From assembly GCA_022842645.1 (NCBI GenBank), contig JALHPE010000001.1:7711-71710 (forward strand): a stretch of DNA of 64,000 bases, read 5' to 3'. This document shows, one piece after another, positions 28,466 through 36,701 of this stretch (positions are counted from its first letter, which is position 1; each line of letters opens with the position of its first letter). The notes under the pieces were generated by a model. The model was not told the origin of the DNA, did no database searches, and saw nothing but the letters and a program-made list of their open reading frames with translations. The position numbers and the translations under genes are program-made. The stretch comes from Minisyncoccota bacterium (lineage in GTDB: Bacteria; Patescibacteriota; Minisyncoccia; Phycocordibacterales; UBA2100).

Positions 28466-28747
28466 CTAGTTTCCAGTACCCTCCACAGGTTTGGCTTGGA
28501 TAGGACTCACCATCGGCTCGTTGGGAAGGCGTCCATCAATCACAATGTTGTTTTTCTTTTCTATTTCTTCCACCTGAGCTGCAAGACCACGAGAGAGCTT
28601 CTTTGTAAGATCAAGCGGAAGCGTGAAGGCGTGTTTCTTCTCGCCAGACGTAAACACAATTTGCAGAAGCCCGTTCAAGATGCGCGCATGAAATCCTTCA
28701 ATAAAAATCTTGTCCCCTCCCTTCCCGAAATCGTATTGTGGTTCCAT
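28466..28747 (-). CDS. Small hypothetical protein (DUF3467-like)
   Basis: 93-aa ORF, P...K.L...L...V...EK pattern; TAGAAT 6 nt upstream. Confidence 0.7.
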   Translation of the reverse strand: MEPQYDFGKGGDKIFIEGFHARILNGLLQIVFTSGEKKHAFTLPLDLTKKLSRGLAAQVEEIEKKNNIVIDGRLPNEPMVSPIQAKPVEGTGN

Positions 28748-28841
28748 ACCTCTATTCTACTCCCTCTCAGGCCTGAGCCAAGAACTGGTTCATTTGGCGC
28801 CATTTGAGCCAGTTGCCAACCAACCCCTCACCAAGGAGCAT

Positions 28842-28968
28842 GGAGGGGTGACGACATGGTTTTGAGGGTCTTCGCAGGCGCGACGGCGCCGAGACTGAGC
28901 GCTGGGCGAGCACGCCCAGATAGCGACCCGAAAAGCCATGTCGGCAATCCGACTTGCTCTGCCCCTCC
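28842..28968. repeat. Long imperfect palindromic (REP/MITE-like) element
   Basis: ggagggg/cccctcc and cgacatgg/ccatgtcg arms; internal ctgggcg-agca-cgcccag hairpin. Confidence 0.65.
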
Positions 28969-28975
28969 CCCTCTT

Positions 28976-29953
28976 CTAATGCTTGCCCGAATCCACCTCG
29001 TAGTTCGTATTCTGCGCCTCGAAGAAGTTCACGAGTTCGAAGACGTCGGTTGAGGTTGTCATCCACTTTGCCGGGTTCGTCACATTGTAGTGCTTAGGAA
29101 GTCCAAGCTCTTCCAAGCGACGATCTGCAACATATTGCACATATTGATTTACGTAGTCGGCATTGAGTCCGAGGATACCGTGTGGGAAGAGATCTTTGTT
29201 GTAGGCAGTTTCGAGATTCACGCCCTCAACGATAATACCTGCAATCTCCTGCGCGAAATCCGCGCTCACGAGCTCTGCATTTTCCTCAAGAATGTTGTGA
29301 ATGAGGTTGATGCCAAACTTCAGGTGGAGGGATTCGTCGCGAATGACCCAGTTGATCATGGAACCGAGGTTACGAAGCTGATTACGCTGACGGAATGAGA
29401 GCGCGACCATGAAGCCCGAGTAGAACCAGATGCCTTCCATCACGATGTTCGTCGCAACGAGGTTTCTAATGAAGTCCTTCTTCCCTTCTGGCGTCTCGAT
29501 ATCGAGCGAATCCTCCATCATGCGCTTCATGTACTTGTTGATGTATGCCTCTTTTGCAAGCATTGAAGGCGTCTGGAGATGAATCGCAAAAACTTCATCG
29601 CGGTTGAATGGAAACGTCTGCAAGACATACTCAAACGCGACGCAGTGATTTGCCTCCTCCCACATTTGCTTTGCGAGATAGAGATGGCACTCGGCAGATT
29701 TGAGATAGGGATAGACCCCAAGTGCGATCGAGCGATTTACGATGAGTTCCGCCGGGTTGAAGAACGCCATCAGGAACTTCACCGCATGACGCTCGTCATC
29801 GGTCATTTTCTGCCAGTCATCAAGATCTTCTTTCAGAGCGATTTCGTGCGGGAACCATGTGTTACGCACGGCCTGGTTGTAGAGATCATACGCCCATTGA
29901 TACTTAATGGGGTGCAAATTCATGTCATCCGGCGTTGCTTTTCCTACGAGCAT
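28976..29953 (-). CDS. nrdB: Ribonucleotide reductase beta subunit (class Ic-like)
   Basis: FFNPAE, EEANH, EGIWFYSGF, RDESLH, NFFE...Y. Confidence 0.95.
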   Translation of the reverse strand: MLVGKATPDDMNLHPIKYQWAYDLYNQAVRNTWFPHEIALKEDLDDWQKMTDDERHAVKFLMAFFNPAELIVNRSIALGVYPYLKSAECHLYLAKQMWEEANHCVAFEYVLQTFPFNRDEVFAIHLQTPSMLAKEAYINKYMKRMMEDSLDIETPEGKKDFIRNLVATNIVMEGIWFYSGFMVALSFRQRNQLRNLGSMINWVIRDESLHLKFGINLIHNILEENAELVSADFAQEIAGIIVEGVNLETAYNKDLFPHGILGLNADYVNQYVQYVADRRLEELGLPKHYNVTNPAKWMTTSTDVFELVNFFEAQNTNYEVDSGKH

Positions 29954-30013
29954 AGAGTTATGTGAAGTTTAATTTAGATAAGTTCTACTTTCTGGATTTT
30001 TAATTTCCGCAGA

Positions 30014-32827
30014 CTACTGACAGGCATCGCACTGTGCGCGCTCTGCCGGATCAACGGGACACACGAACGCCTTTTTTGCCTGCACTGGTGCTTGCGCGAG
30101 CGCGGGAGCGGGAGTCGCAGGTTCTGAAACCGAAGCTTCTCCAACTGTGGCAAAACCCATGCGCGATACTTCTTCTGTGGGAGCCACCGCAAGAGCAGTA
30201 ACAGCTCCTACCGCAAGAGCAGTTGGGGCGGATGAAGGGCTCGATGCCGTAACTGGGAGTACTTCTTGCATGGCGGGTGTTATAGGAAGTGCGCCTTGGT
30301 CCGCCACAGCAGCAAAGCCTCGTGTTGCAGGTTGTGGCACCTCCGTCGAAACCGCTTCAGCCTTCACTGGAACCATTTCTGGCACCTGCACAGGACTCAT
30401 CTGGATAGGCGAAGCAACGGGCTCCTCGTTGGCAAAGACTGGCTGTGCGACCACGTTCGCGAAGCCGCGCTTGCCGGTTATTGCCATCTTATTCACAGAG
30501 GTTGTTGATTGCTCCGCAGTATGGCGTGGCTTCATGTGGAGGTAGTAAGTGGTCTTCAGTCCCTGCTTCCACGCTGCCATGTAGACGTTTTTCATTTCGT
30601 TCATGTCACGGCTTTCAAGATACATGTTGCGTGAGAGTGCCTGATCCACCCACTTCTGCGCACGTGCAGCAACCTCGATGAATGCGTAGGGCGAAGTGCT
30701 AAACGAGGTTTTGTAGATCTGCTTCAGATACGACGGAATTTCAGGAATACTAGAGATATCGCCCTGCTGTTCCACAATCTTTTCTTTCACCTCGTCCCAG
30801 ATCCCCATGTTCTTAAGATCTTTTACGAGGTTGTGGTTGATATCCATGTATTTACCGGAGATTTTGTTTCGTGAGAAGACCTGGGCGAAACGTGGGTCGA
30901 TGCCTGGCGTCGTGCCTGCAACAAGACCAATGTTTGCGTTCGGCGCAACAGCCATAAGCGTCGCGTTGCGCATGCCGCCCTTCACTTTTTCACGAAGGGC
31001 ATCCCAATTGAGCTGTTTATTCCTTGACTCACGCTTCATACCGGTCGAGATGCCACGATCTTCTTCGAGCGCTGCGATGGAATCCACGGGCACCATACCC
31101 TTTGACCAACGCGAACCTTCGAAGTGCTTGTAGACGCCGCGCTCGCGTGCAAGATTGGCACTCTCATCAATTGCCATGTAGCTCACGAATTCGAATACGC
31201 GATCAGAAAAATCTGCCGCATGTCCGCTCTCATACGCCATGCCAAGTTGTTCTAGGGCATCTGCAAAGCCCATGACACCCAGTCCAATCGCGCGATTCTC
31301 CTGATCCCCTTTGACTGCTTCTGGAATAGGGAGTGTGTTTATGTCGATGAGGTTGTCGAGCTGACGAATGGCAAGGCGCACACTCTCTTCAAGCTTGTGC
31401 CAGTTGAGCTGACGGCCCTCGATGTGCCCTGCGAGGTTGAGTGAGGCAAGGTTACAGACCGCAACACTGTCTTTGCTCTGCGGAAGACAGATCTCCGTGC
31501 AAAGGTTCGACATGTGAATGGTGCCGGTGTTGTTGTTGAGGGCACGGAGGTTGATTGGATCTTTCCACGTGAGCCATGGATGCGATGTGGATTGAAGTGC
31601 AGTGAGAATCTGGTGCCACTGCTCGGTTGCCGGCACTTTCTTCCACATGCGGAGCTCGCCTCGCTTTGCCATTTCTATATATTCGGCATAGCGCTTTGCA
31701 AATTCTTTGCCGTAGAGCTCATTCAGATCCGGCGTTTCCTTGGGATCAAACATGTACCAATCTTCCTGCTGCTCCACTCGACGCATAAAATCGTCGGAGA
31801 GGTAGACGGCGGTGTTTGCCGTGCGCATGCGAAGGTAGTCATCGCCTGCATTGTGCTTCCAGTCGATATATTCGGGAAAATCATAATGCCAGTTTTCCAT
31901 GTAGAAGCAGAGTGCTCCTTTCTTCTTGCCGCCACGCTGAACAGCGCGGATTGCAGTGTCCATAATCTTTGCGAACGGCGTGGGACCAGAAGAGACTGTG
32001 TTTGATGATTTGAGAGGAGAACCCGCGGCACGAAGCTTGGTGACAGAAACACCGATGCCACCCGATGCTTTTGATAGCTTCAAGACATCTGCCACCGATT
32101 TTGCGATGTGGTCCATGTCATCATGTACTTCAAGGAGGAAGCAGTTGGAGAGTGCGGGGCGCGGTGTGCCTGCCGCAAGATTTGTGGAGCCACCTGCGAC
32201 GTACAGGTGCTGCGACATGCGGTCGTAGAACTTCTGCGCCATTTCTGTTGGATTAGCCTCGTTGTACGCAAGACCCATCGCGATACGCATGAAGAAATAC
32301 TGTGGCGTCTCGGCAGGCTTCTGCTTCGTATTCTTCAAGGCATAGCGATCGAGAAGTGATGAGAGTCCAGCGTAGGTGAAGATCTCGTCGCGCTCGATCA
32401 TGAGAGATGCGGCAAGTGCCTCGAGGTCGTATTTTTCCGCCATGCGGGTATCGAGGAGGCCGCTCGCGATACCTTCGCGCACGTATTCGGCGAACCGCGT
32501 GCGGTACTTTGCCGCAAGTTCAGTCGGGTTGTCGTTATATTCGCCTATCACGCGACGATATACTGTCTTCAAAAGAAGACGCACAGCCACTTTGTCGTAC
32601 TCAATGTCTTCTTTAATGTTTTGCACCGCGGCGTTGATGGTCGCAATATCCATCTCTTCCGTGGTGATTCCGTCGTAGAGCGTGAGCTGCGTCTCGCTCG
32701 CGATCTGGGTCACCATCGAGATGGGGTCAGTGAGCCCTTGGCACGCTCGTTCAATCGAACGATTAATTTTGTCCGCGTTGAACTGTTCGCGCGCACCGTC
32801 GCGCTTCGTAATGGTCAGATTCACCAT
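30014..32827 (-). CDS. nrdA: Ribonucleotide reductase alpha subunit with ATP cone
   Basis: ITKRDG ATP cone, SNCF, SNLCTEI, GLKTTYY, terminal CDACQ. Confidence 0.97.
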   Translation of the reverse strand: MVNLTITKRDGAREQFNADKINRSIERACQGLTDPISMVTQIASETQLTLYDGITTEEMDIATINAAVQNIKEDIEYDKVAVRLLLKTVYRRVIGEYNDNPTELAAKYRTRFAEYVREGIASGLLDTRMAEKYDLEALAASLMIERDEIFTYAGLSSLLDRYALKNTKQKPAETPQYFFMRIAMGLAYNEANPTEMAQKFYDRMSQHLYVAGGSTNLAAGTPRPALSNCFLLEVHDDMDHIAKSVADVLKLSKASGGIGVSVTKLRAAGSPLKSSNTVSSGPTPFAKIMDTAIRAVQRGGKKKGALCFYMENWHYDFPEYIDWKHNAGDDYLRMRTANTAVYLSDDFMRRVEQQEDWYMFDPKETPDLNELYGKEFAKRYAEYIEMAKRGELRMWKKVPATEQWHQILTALQSTSHPWLTWKDPINLRALNNNTGTIHMSNLCTEICLPQSKDSVAVCNLASLNLAGHIEGRQLNWHKLEESVRLAIRQLDNLIDINTLPIPEAVKGDQENRAIGLGVMGFADALEQLGMAYESGHAADFSDRVFEFVSYMAIDESANLARERGVYKHFEGSRWSKGMVPVDSIAALEEDRGISTGMKRESRNKQLNWDALREKVKGGMRNATLMAVAPNANIGLVAGTTPGIDPRFAQVFSRNKISGKYMDINHNLVKDLKNMGIWDEVKEKIVEQQGDISSIPEIPSYLKQIYKTSFSTSPYAFIEVAARAQKWVDQALSRNMYLESRDMNEMKNVYMAAWKQGLKTTYYLHMKPRHTAEQSTTSVNKMAITGKRGFANVVAQPVFANEEPVASPIQMSPVQVPEMVPVKAEAVSTEVPQPATRGFAAVADQGALPITPAMQEVLPVTASSPSSAPTALAVGAVTALAVAPTEEVSRMGFATVGEASVSEPATPAPALAQAPVQAKKAFVCPVDPAERAQCDACQ

Positions 32828-33006
32828 AATTTTTTCCTATAAAAGTTAATAAATTCCCCGATTACTAACTACTTCCTCTCCTCTTCGCGCCATACGCCAG
32901 GGGGCAGAAAACACGCTCGTCGCGCTTGAAGCGACAAGTTTTCTACATCCCGGGCGTACGCACGCTCAGTTGACTTAAAGTAACACACGCCCTCTTTGTA
33001 GGGACT

Positions 33007-33026
33007 TTTTCCACAGCTGTGGATAA
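33007..33026. promoter_or_regulatory. Paired DnaA boxes upstream of nrdA
   Basis: ttttccaca (1 mismatch) and tgtggataa (perfect TTATCCACA on minus strand), 2 bp apart. Confidence 0.6.
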
Positions 33027-33040
33027 CCCGATTTATGGCT

Positions 33041-33496
33041 TTATAGAGAGAGATTTTGAGGGAGGGTTGCGCGATCACCAATTTTAATGCGATGTGTGTC
33101 GGAAAATCCAGCGGGAACTTCGAGCACGAATCTCGCGGGTTTCGGAGGGGCAAAAGAGGTTGGGTAACTCTCGGGAGAGGCAGATTTTTCTATATGCACT
33201 ACTTCTCCCTCTTTAGAAAACCAAAGAATGTCGATCGAAATCAACATATCCTTCATCCAAAACGTATGAATGCCCTCTTCCTCAAAGACAAAGAGCATAC
33301 CTTCGTTTGATCCGAGCGATGAGACGCCACTCAAGCCCTGCGTTCGTGCGGCTGGTGAATCTGCAAGCATGACGCGCACGTCTACCCCACCAATACGGAC
33401 GACGCCGGAAGGGGTTATAACCCCTTCCGGCGTCGAAAACCACACACTGAAAGCAAGAATCGCAAAAAAACCAAGAGTAATACTCGCCCACTTCAT
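33041..33496 (-). CDS. DUF192-family protein
   Basis: AD....R..GL, GMLFVF, FWMK, VLEVPAG. Confidence 0.88.
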   Translation of the reverse strand: MKWASITLGFFAILAFSVWFSTPEGVITPSGVVRIGGVDVRVMLADSPAARTQGLSGVSSLGSNEGMLFVFEEEGIHTFWMKDMLISIDILWFSKEGEVVHIEKSASPESYPTSFAPPKPARFVLEVPAGFSDTHRIKIGDRATLPQNLSL

Positions 33497-33906
33497 TAGG
33501 CAAAGAGTACCAGAATGAGGGCCATTACGATAAACGAAACGAGCCAGTATCCAGCGGTGATAAAGAAGTATTTCATTGGCTTCATCTCCCAGAGAACCGA
33601 GCCTAGAAGCACTGGTGCCGTAAAGCCGACCCACGACCAGATACCAAGCTCAATCGCGCCAATCCAGTCATAGACACCCCATGCAATCCCGAAATGCGCC
33701 ATGACCCATGCCGCAACGACAGCTGCGAGAAATGCGAGAAATGCCATCATCGGCATTTTTTTCTTCCCTTCTTCCATTTTGCTCATATCGAGCCCTGCGG
33801 CTTTAGCCCAAGAATCACCGAATACTTTCGGGTGATACCATGCCATTCCAAGAATGACATTTGCAATACCGGCTAGGAGAATAGGAACGAGTGTGACTTC
33901 AAACAT
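33496..33906 (-). CDS. DUF1761-family membrane protein
   Basis: GMAWY.P..FG..W; 4 TM. Confidence 0.85.
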   Translation of the reverse strand: MFEVTLVPILLAGIANVILGMAWYHPKVFGDSWAKAAGLDMSKMEEGKKKMPMMAFLAFLAAVVAAWVMAHFGIAWGVYDWIGAIELGIWSWVGFTAPVLLGSVLWEMKPMKYFFITAGYWLVSFIVMALILVLFA

Positions 33907-34015
33907 AGTAAAAAGTAGCTAGGTGTATAAATCCCCGTTCCTCTATCGTAGCTCCCCGCGCCCCGCGCGCCAGTGGGGGCTGTGTGCAACTTCTCTCTTA
34001 CTAGCATATGAGTTG

Positions 34016-34100
34016 CGGAGGCGGTGAGATTCGAACTCACGGTACCTTGCGGCACGCCGACTTTCCAAGTCGGTGGAATAAACCACTATCCGACGCCTCC
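34016..34100 (-). tRNA. tRNA-Ser(GGA)
   Basis: GGAGGCG acceptor, CCGAC-TTGGAAA-GTCGG, long variable arm. Confidence 0.95.
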
Positions 34101-34138
34101 TTTTACCACAAACTACAAAGATAGCCGAAATACAGCAC

Positions 34139-34843
34139 CTAGACAACCGAAGCTTTAAATCGTCTGTCAGGCACCTTCGCTTCTTTCCACGATTCGTATA
34201 GGCCGGAAATTCTGGGATTCGATGTTCCAAAGACACGCAAATACGATTCCACTGCACGCGCACTACAAAGATAGATTCTGGTGTTTTGCGCGATTATGTG
34301 GGGTTCGATATCATTTTGACGAAAGACGTCTGCTACTTGTCGGATAAGTTCTCCTGATTCGCTAGTAAAGCAAAGTCCGATGTTTTGGTACTTGTTGCCA
34401 AGAGTCGTGTGTCGATGAATATACAAACAACCATCAGTATCCATTAAGCCACGAACGCATGTAGTTCTGTATGAAAAATTTGCAAGAACCCATGATGGAA
34501 TTCGAAGACCTTTTTCAAGTTTATTCCCACTCGACAATCCTTGGGAAATTAAAAAATCTACAACTGTCGTACTATTTAGGACAAGGACGAGCGCATTAGT
34601 ATGTTGCCGCTTGCGTGAGGTGGGACGAATACCGAAAAGATGATCACATAAATCAGAAATATACTCAGCATACTGTGCGTCTTTTTCGGCATTCATTGTG
34701 ATACTCAATTGCCAGGGATTTCCAATACCTCCATCCCCGAGCATAATGCCAAAAAACTCGGCAAGCTTAGATGACTTCTCAGGCAATCGTACAATTTTTC
34801 TGTGACTTTTTGCCGGGTAGCGTAATGTAGCTACTGAACTCAT
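34139..34843 (-). CDS. Free-standing LAGLIDADG-family endonuclease-like protein
   Basis: LAEFFGIMLGDG and VRGLMDTDG motifs. Confidence 0.85.
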   Translation of the reverse strand: MSSVATLRYPAKSHRKIVRLPEKSSKLAEFFGIMLGDGGIGNPWQLSITMNAEKDAQYAEYISDLCDHLFGIRPTSRKRQHTNALVLVLNSTTVVDFLISQGLSSGNKLEKGLRIPSWVLANFSYRTTCVRGLMDTDGCLYIHRHTTLGNKYQNIGLCFTSESGELIRQVADVFRQNDIEPHIIAQNTRIYLCSARAVESYLRVFGTSNPRISGLYESWKEAKVPDRRFKASVV

Positions 34844-34952
34844 AACACCATTGTAACAAGTGTTTTCGAGCTTACATTTTTTGATTTTTTATCCAGACAT
34901 GTGATATATATCAGTTAGCAGCATCCGAGCTCAAAAGAAAGGAAGTGGACCG

Positions 34953-35147
34953 ATGTCGAAAGAGTGTTTTTGGTTTGTGGCGAGTGCCTGTCTTGTGCTC
35001 ATCCTTCTACCAGGATGTTCGACTGAGGTTAGGCGGCAAAGTGATAAGGAAGAGGTGAAACCACCTCCTCCCCCAGCCCACCGGCCAACGCCTGTACTGG
35101 CACAACCGCCGTCATGTCCTGACGAACGGCGCGCATACTGCGCATGA
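34953..35147 (+). CDS. Small putative lipoprotein
   Basis: Hydrophobic stretch ending LLPGC (lipobox-like), Pro-rich tail; GGAAG upstream. Confidence 0.45.
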   Translation: MSKECFWFVASACLVLILLPGCSTEVRRQSDKEEVKPPPPPAHRPTPVLAQPPSCPDERRAYCA

Positions 35148-35180
35148 AGTTCTTAACAGCCGCATACTCTGCGGCTGTTT

Positions 35181-36074
35181 TTATACCTGCATCTGCGACA
35201 GTGCACTGATACGCTCTTCTACAGGCGGATGTGTTGCAAAAAGCTTTGCAACAAACCGCCCCATGTCGTGCGCACCAAAAGGATTTGAAATGAAGAGATG
35301 CGCTGTTGCGTGATTGGCGCGCTCCATCGGCGCTTCGTGGGAGGAAATCTTTACGAGCGCAGAGGCGAGCGCATCTGGATAGCGCGTAAGGAGCGCGCCC
35401 GAGGCATCGGCGAGGAACTCTCGGCGGCGCGATATGGCGAGTTGAATGAGTTGCGCGGCAATCGGCGCAAGAAGAATGCCAATAAATCCAACAGCCATGA
35501 GAATGATATTTGCTCGCGCATCCCTGTCCCCCGCACCATAAAACGACGCGCGGAGAAAGAAGTCGGCGAGCATTGCAACAAAACCAGCAAGCACGACGGC
35601 AACCGTCATCACGAGAATGTCGCGGTTCCCGATGTGTGCGAGCTCGTGCGCTACCACGCCCTCAAGCTCGCTTCTGTCGAGTCGCTCTAAGAGACCTGTT
35701 GTCACCGCAACGACCGAGTGCTTCGGGTTTCTCCCTGTTGCAAAGGCGTTCGGTGCCGGATCATTCACGATGAAGACGCGCGGCTTGGGAAGCCCTGCAG
35801 TAATCGCAAGATTTTCGACAATGCGATGGAGTTCGCGGTAGGTGTTCGGATCCGCCTCGACTGCTCCCGTGGAAGACAGCGCCACTTTATCCGAAAACCA
35901 ATAGGCCGAGATATTCATGAAAAGCGAGAATGCGACCGCAACCCACAAAATCCCCGGCTGTTGTAAATACCACGCCGTCACATACCCAATAGCTACAACA
36001 AAGACGAGAAACCCGCCCATAAGGAGCCAGGTGCGACGGATGTTTGCTGCCTGATGCGTGTATAAACTAGCCAT
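35181..36074 (-). CDS. htpX: Zinc metalloprotease HtpX (M48)
   Basis: PNAFATGR, HELAH, SRRREFLAD, THPP. Confidence 0.93.
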   Translation of the reverse strand: MASLYTHQAANIRRTWLLMGGFLVFVVAIGYVTAWYLQQPGILWVAVAFSLFMNISAYWFSDKVALSSTGAVEADPNTYRELHRIVENLAITAGLPKPRVFIVNDPAPNAFATGRNPKHSVVAVTTGLLERLDRSELEGVVAHELAHIGNRDILVMTVAVVLAGFVAMLADFFLRASFYGAGDRDARANIILMAVGFIGILLAPIAAQLIQLAISRRREFLADASGALLTRYPDALASALVKISSHEAPMERANHATAHLFISNPFGAHDMGRFVAKLFATHPPVEERISALSQMQV

Positions 36075-36115
36075 ATCTGTTAGCCTATCTTCAAAAAAAC
36101 CAAAATCAAGTGTAT

Positions 36116-36676
36116 TTAGAACTTCACTGGAACCGGCTGACGCGCGGCCTCCTCACTTTCCGCAAGCGCAAAGAATTCGCTCGGCTTGAAGCCAAATGCG
36201 GAACCGATGATGTTTGAGGGAACTTGTTCGAGCGCGTTTTTCAATTCCTGCACGACGGAATTATAAAAGCGGCGTGCGGCTTGGATTTTATTCTCCGTGT
36301 CGGAGAGCTCACGCTGAAGCTCGAGGAAGTTGGTATTTGCCTTCAAGTCTGGGTAGCTCTCTGCGACAGCAAAGAGTGATTTAAGAGCACCCGTAAGCAT
36401 GTTTTCCGCGGCGGCATGTTCTTCCACGGTGCCCGCATTCATCGCCTGTGTGCGCATCTCCGTCACTTTCGCGAGCGTCTCTTTTTCGTGCGTCGCATAA
36501 CCTTTCACCGTTTCAATAATGTTCGGGATGAGGTCGTAGCGGCGTTTGAGTTGCACATCAATATCAGCCCATGCTTCCTGCACACGATTAGTAAGCGCAA
36601 CGAGGCGGTTGTAGCCCAGAATCGCCCAGAGGACGACGGCTGCAACAACACCGAGAATTATGTATAGGATTGTCAT
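36116..36676 (-). CDS. lemA: LemA family protein
   Basis: YNRL, IDVQLKRRYDLIPN, YPDLKA, RRFYN. Confidence 0.95.
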   Translation of the reverse strand: MTILYIILGVVAAVVLWAILGYNRLVALTNRVQEAWADIDVQLKRRYDLIPNIIETVKGYATHEKETLAKVTEMRTQAMNAGTVEEHAAAENMLTGALKSLFAVAESYPDLKANTNFLELQRELSDTENKIQAARRFYNSVVQELKNALEQVPSNIIGSAFGFKPSEFFALAESEEAARQPVPVKF

Positions 36677-36701
36677 GTCTCCATTTTATCACACGACTAT
36701 C

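Noticed and set aside
28082-28807. 241-aa plus-strand ORF
   Set aside because: Overlaps RNase P RNA and a better minus-strand ORF
33007-33026. Replication origin
   Set aside because: Only two clear DnaA boxes, inside a gene end/promoter region, with no dnaA/dnaN nearby
33945-33990. GC-rich hairpin after tRNA-Ser(GGA) as SRP RNA
   Set aside because: Too short and lacks the conserved SRP helix-8 motif
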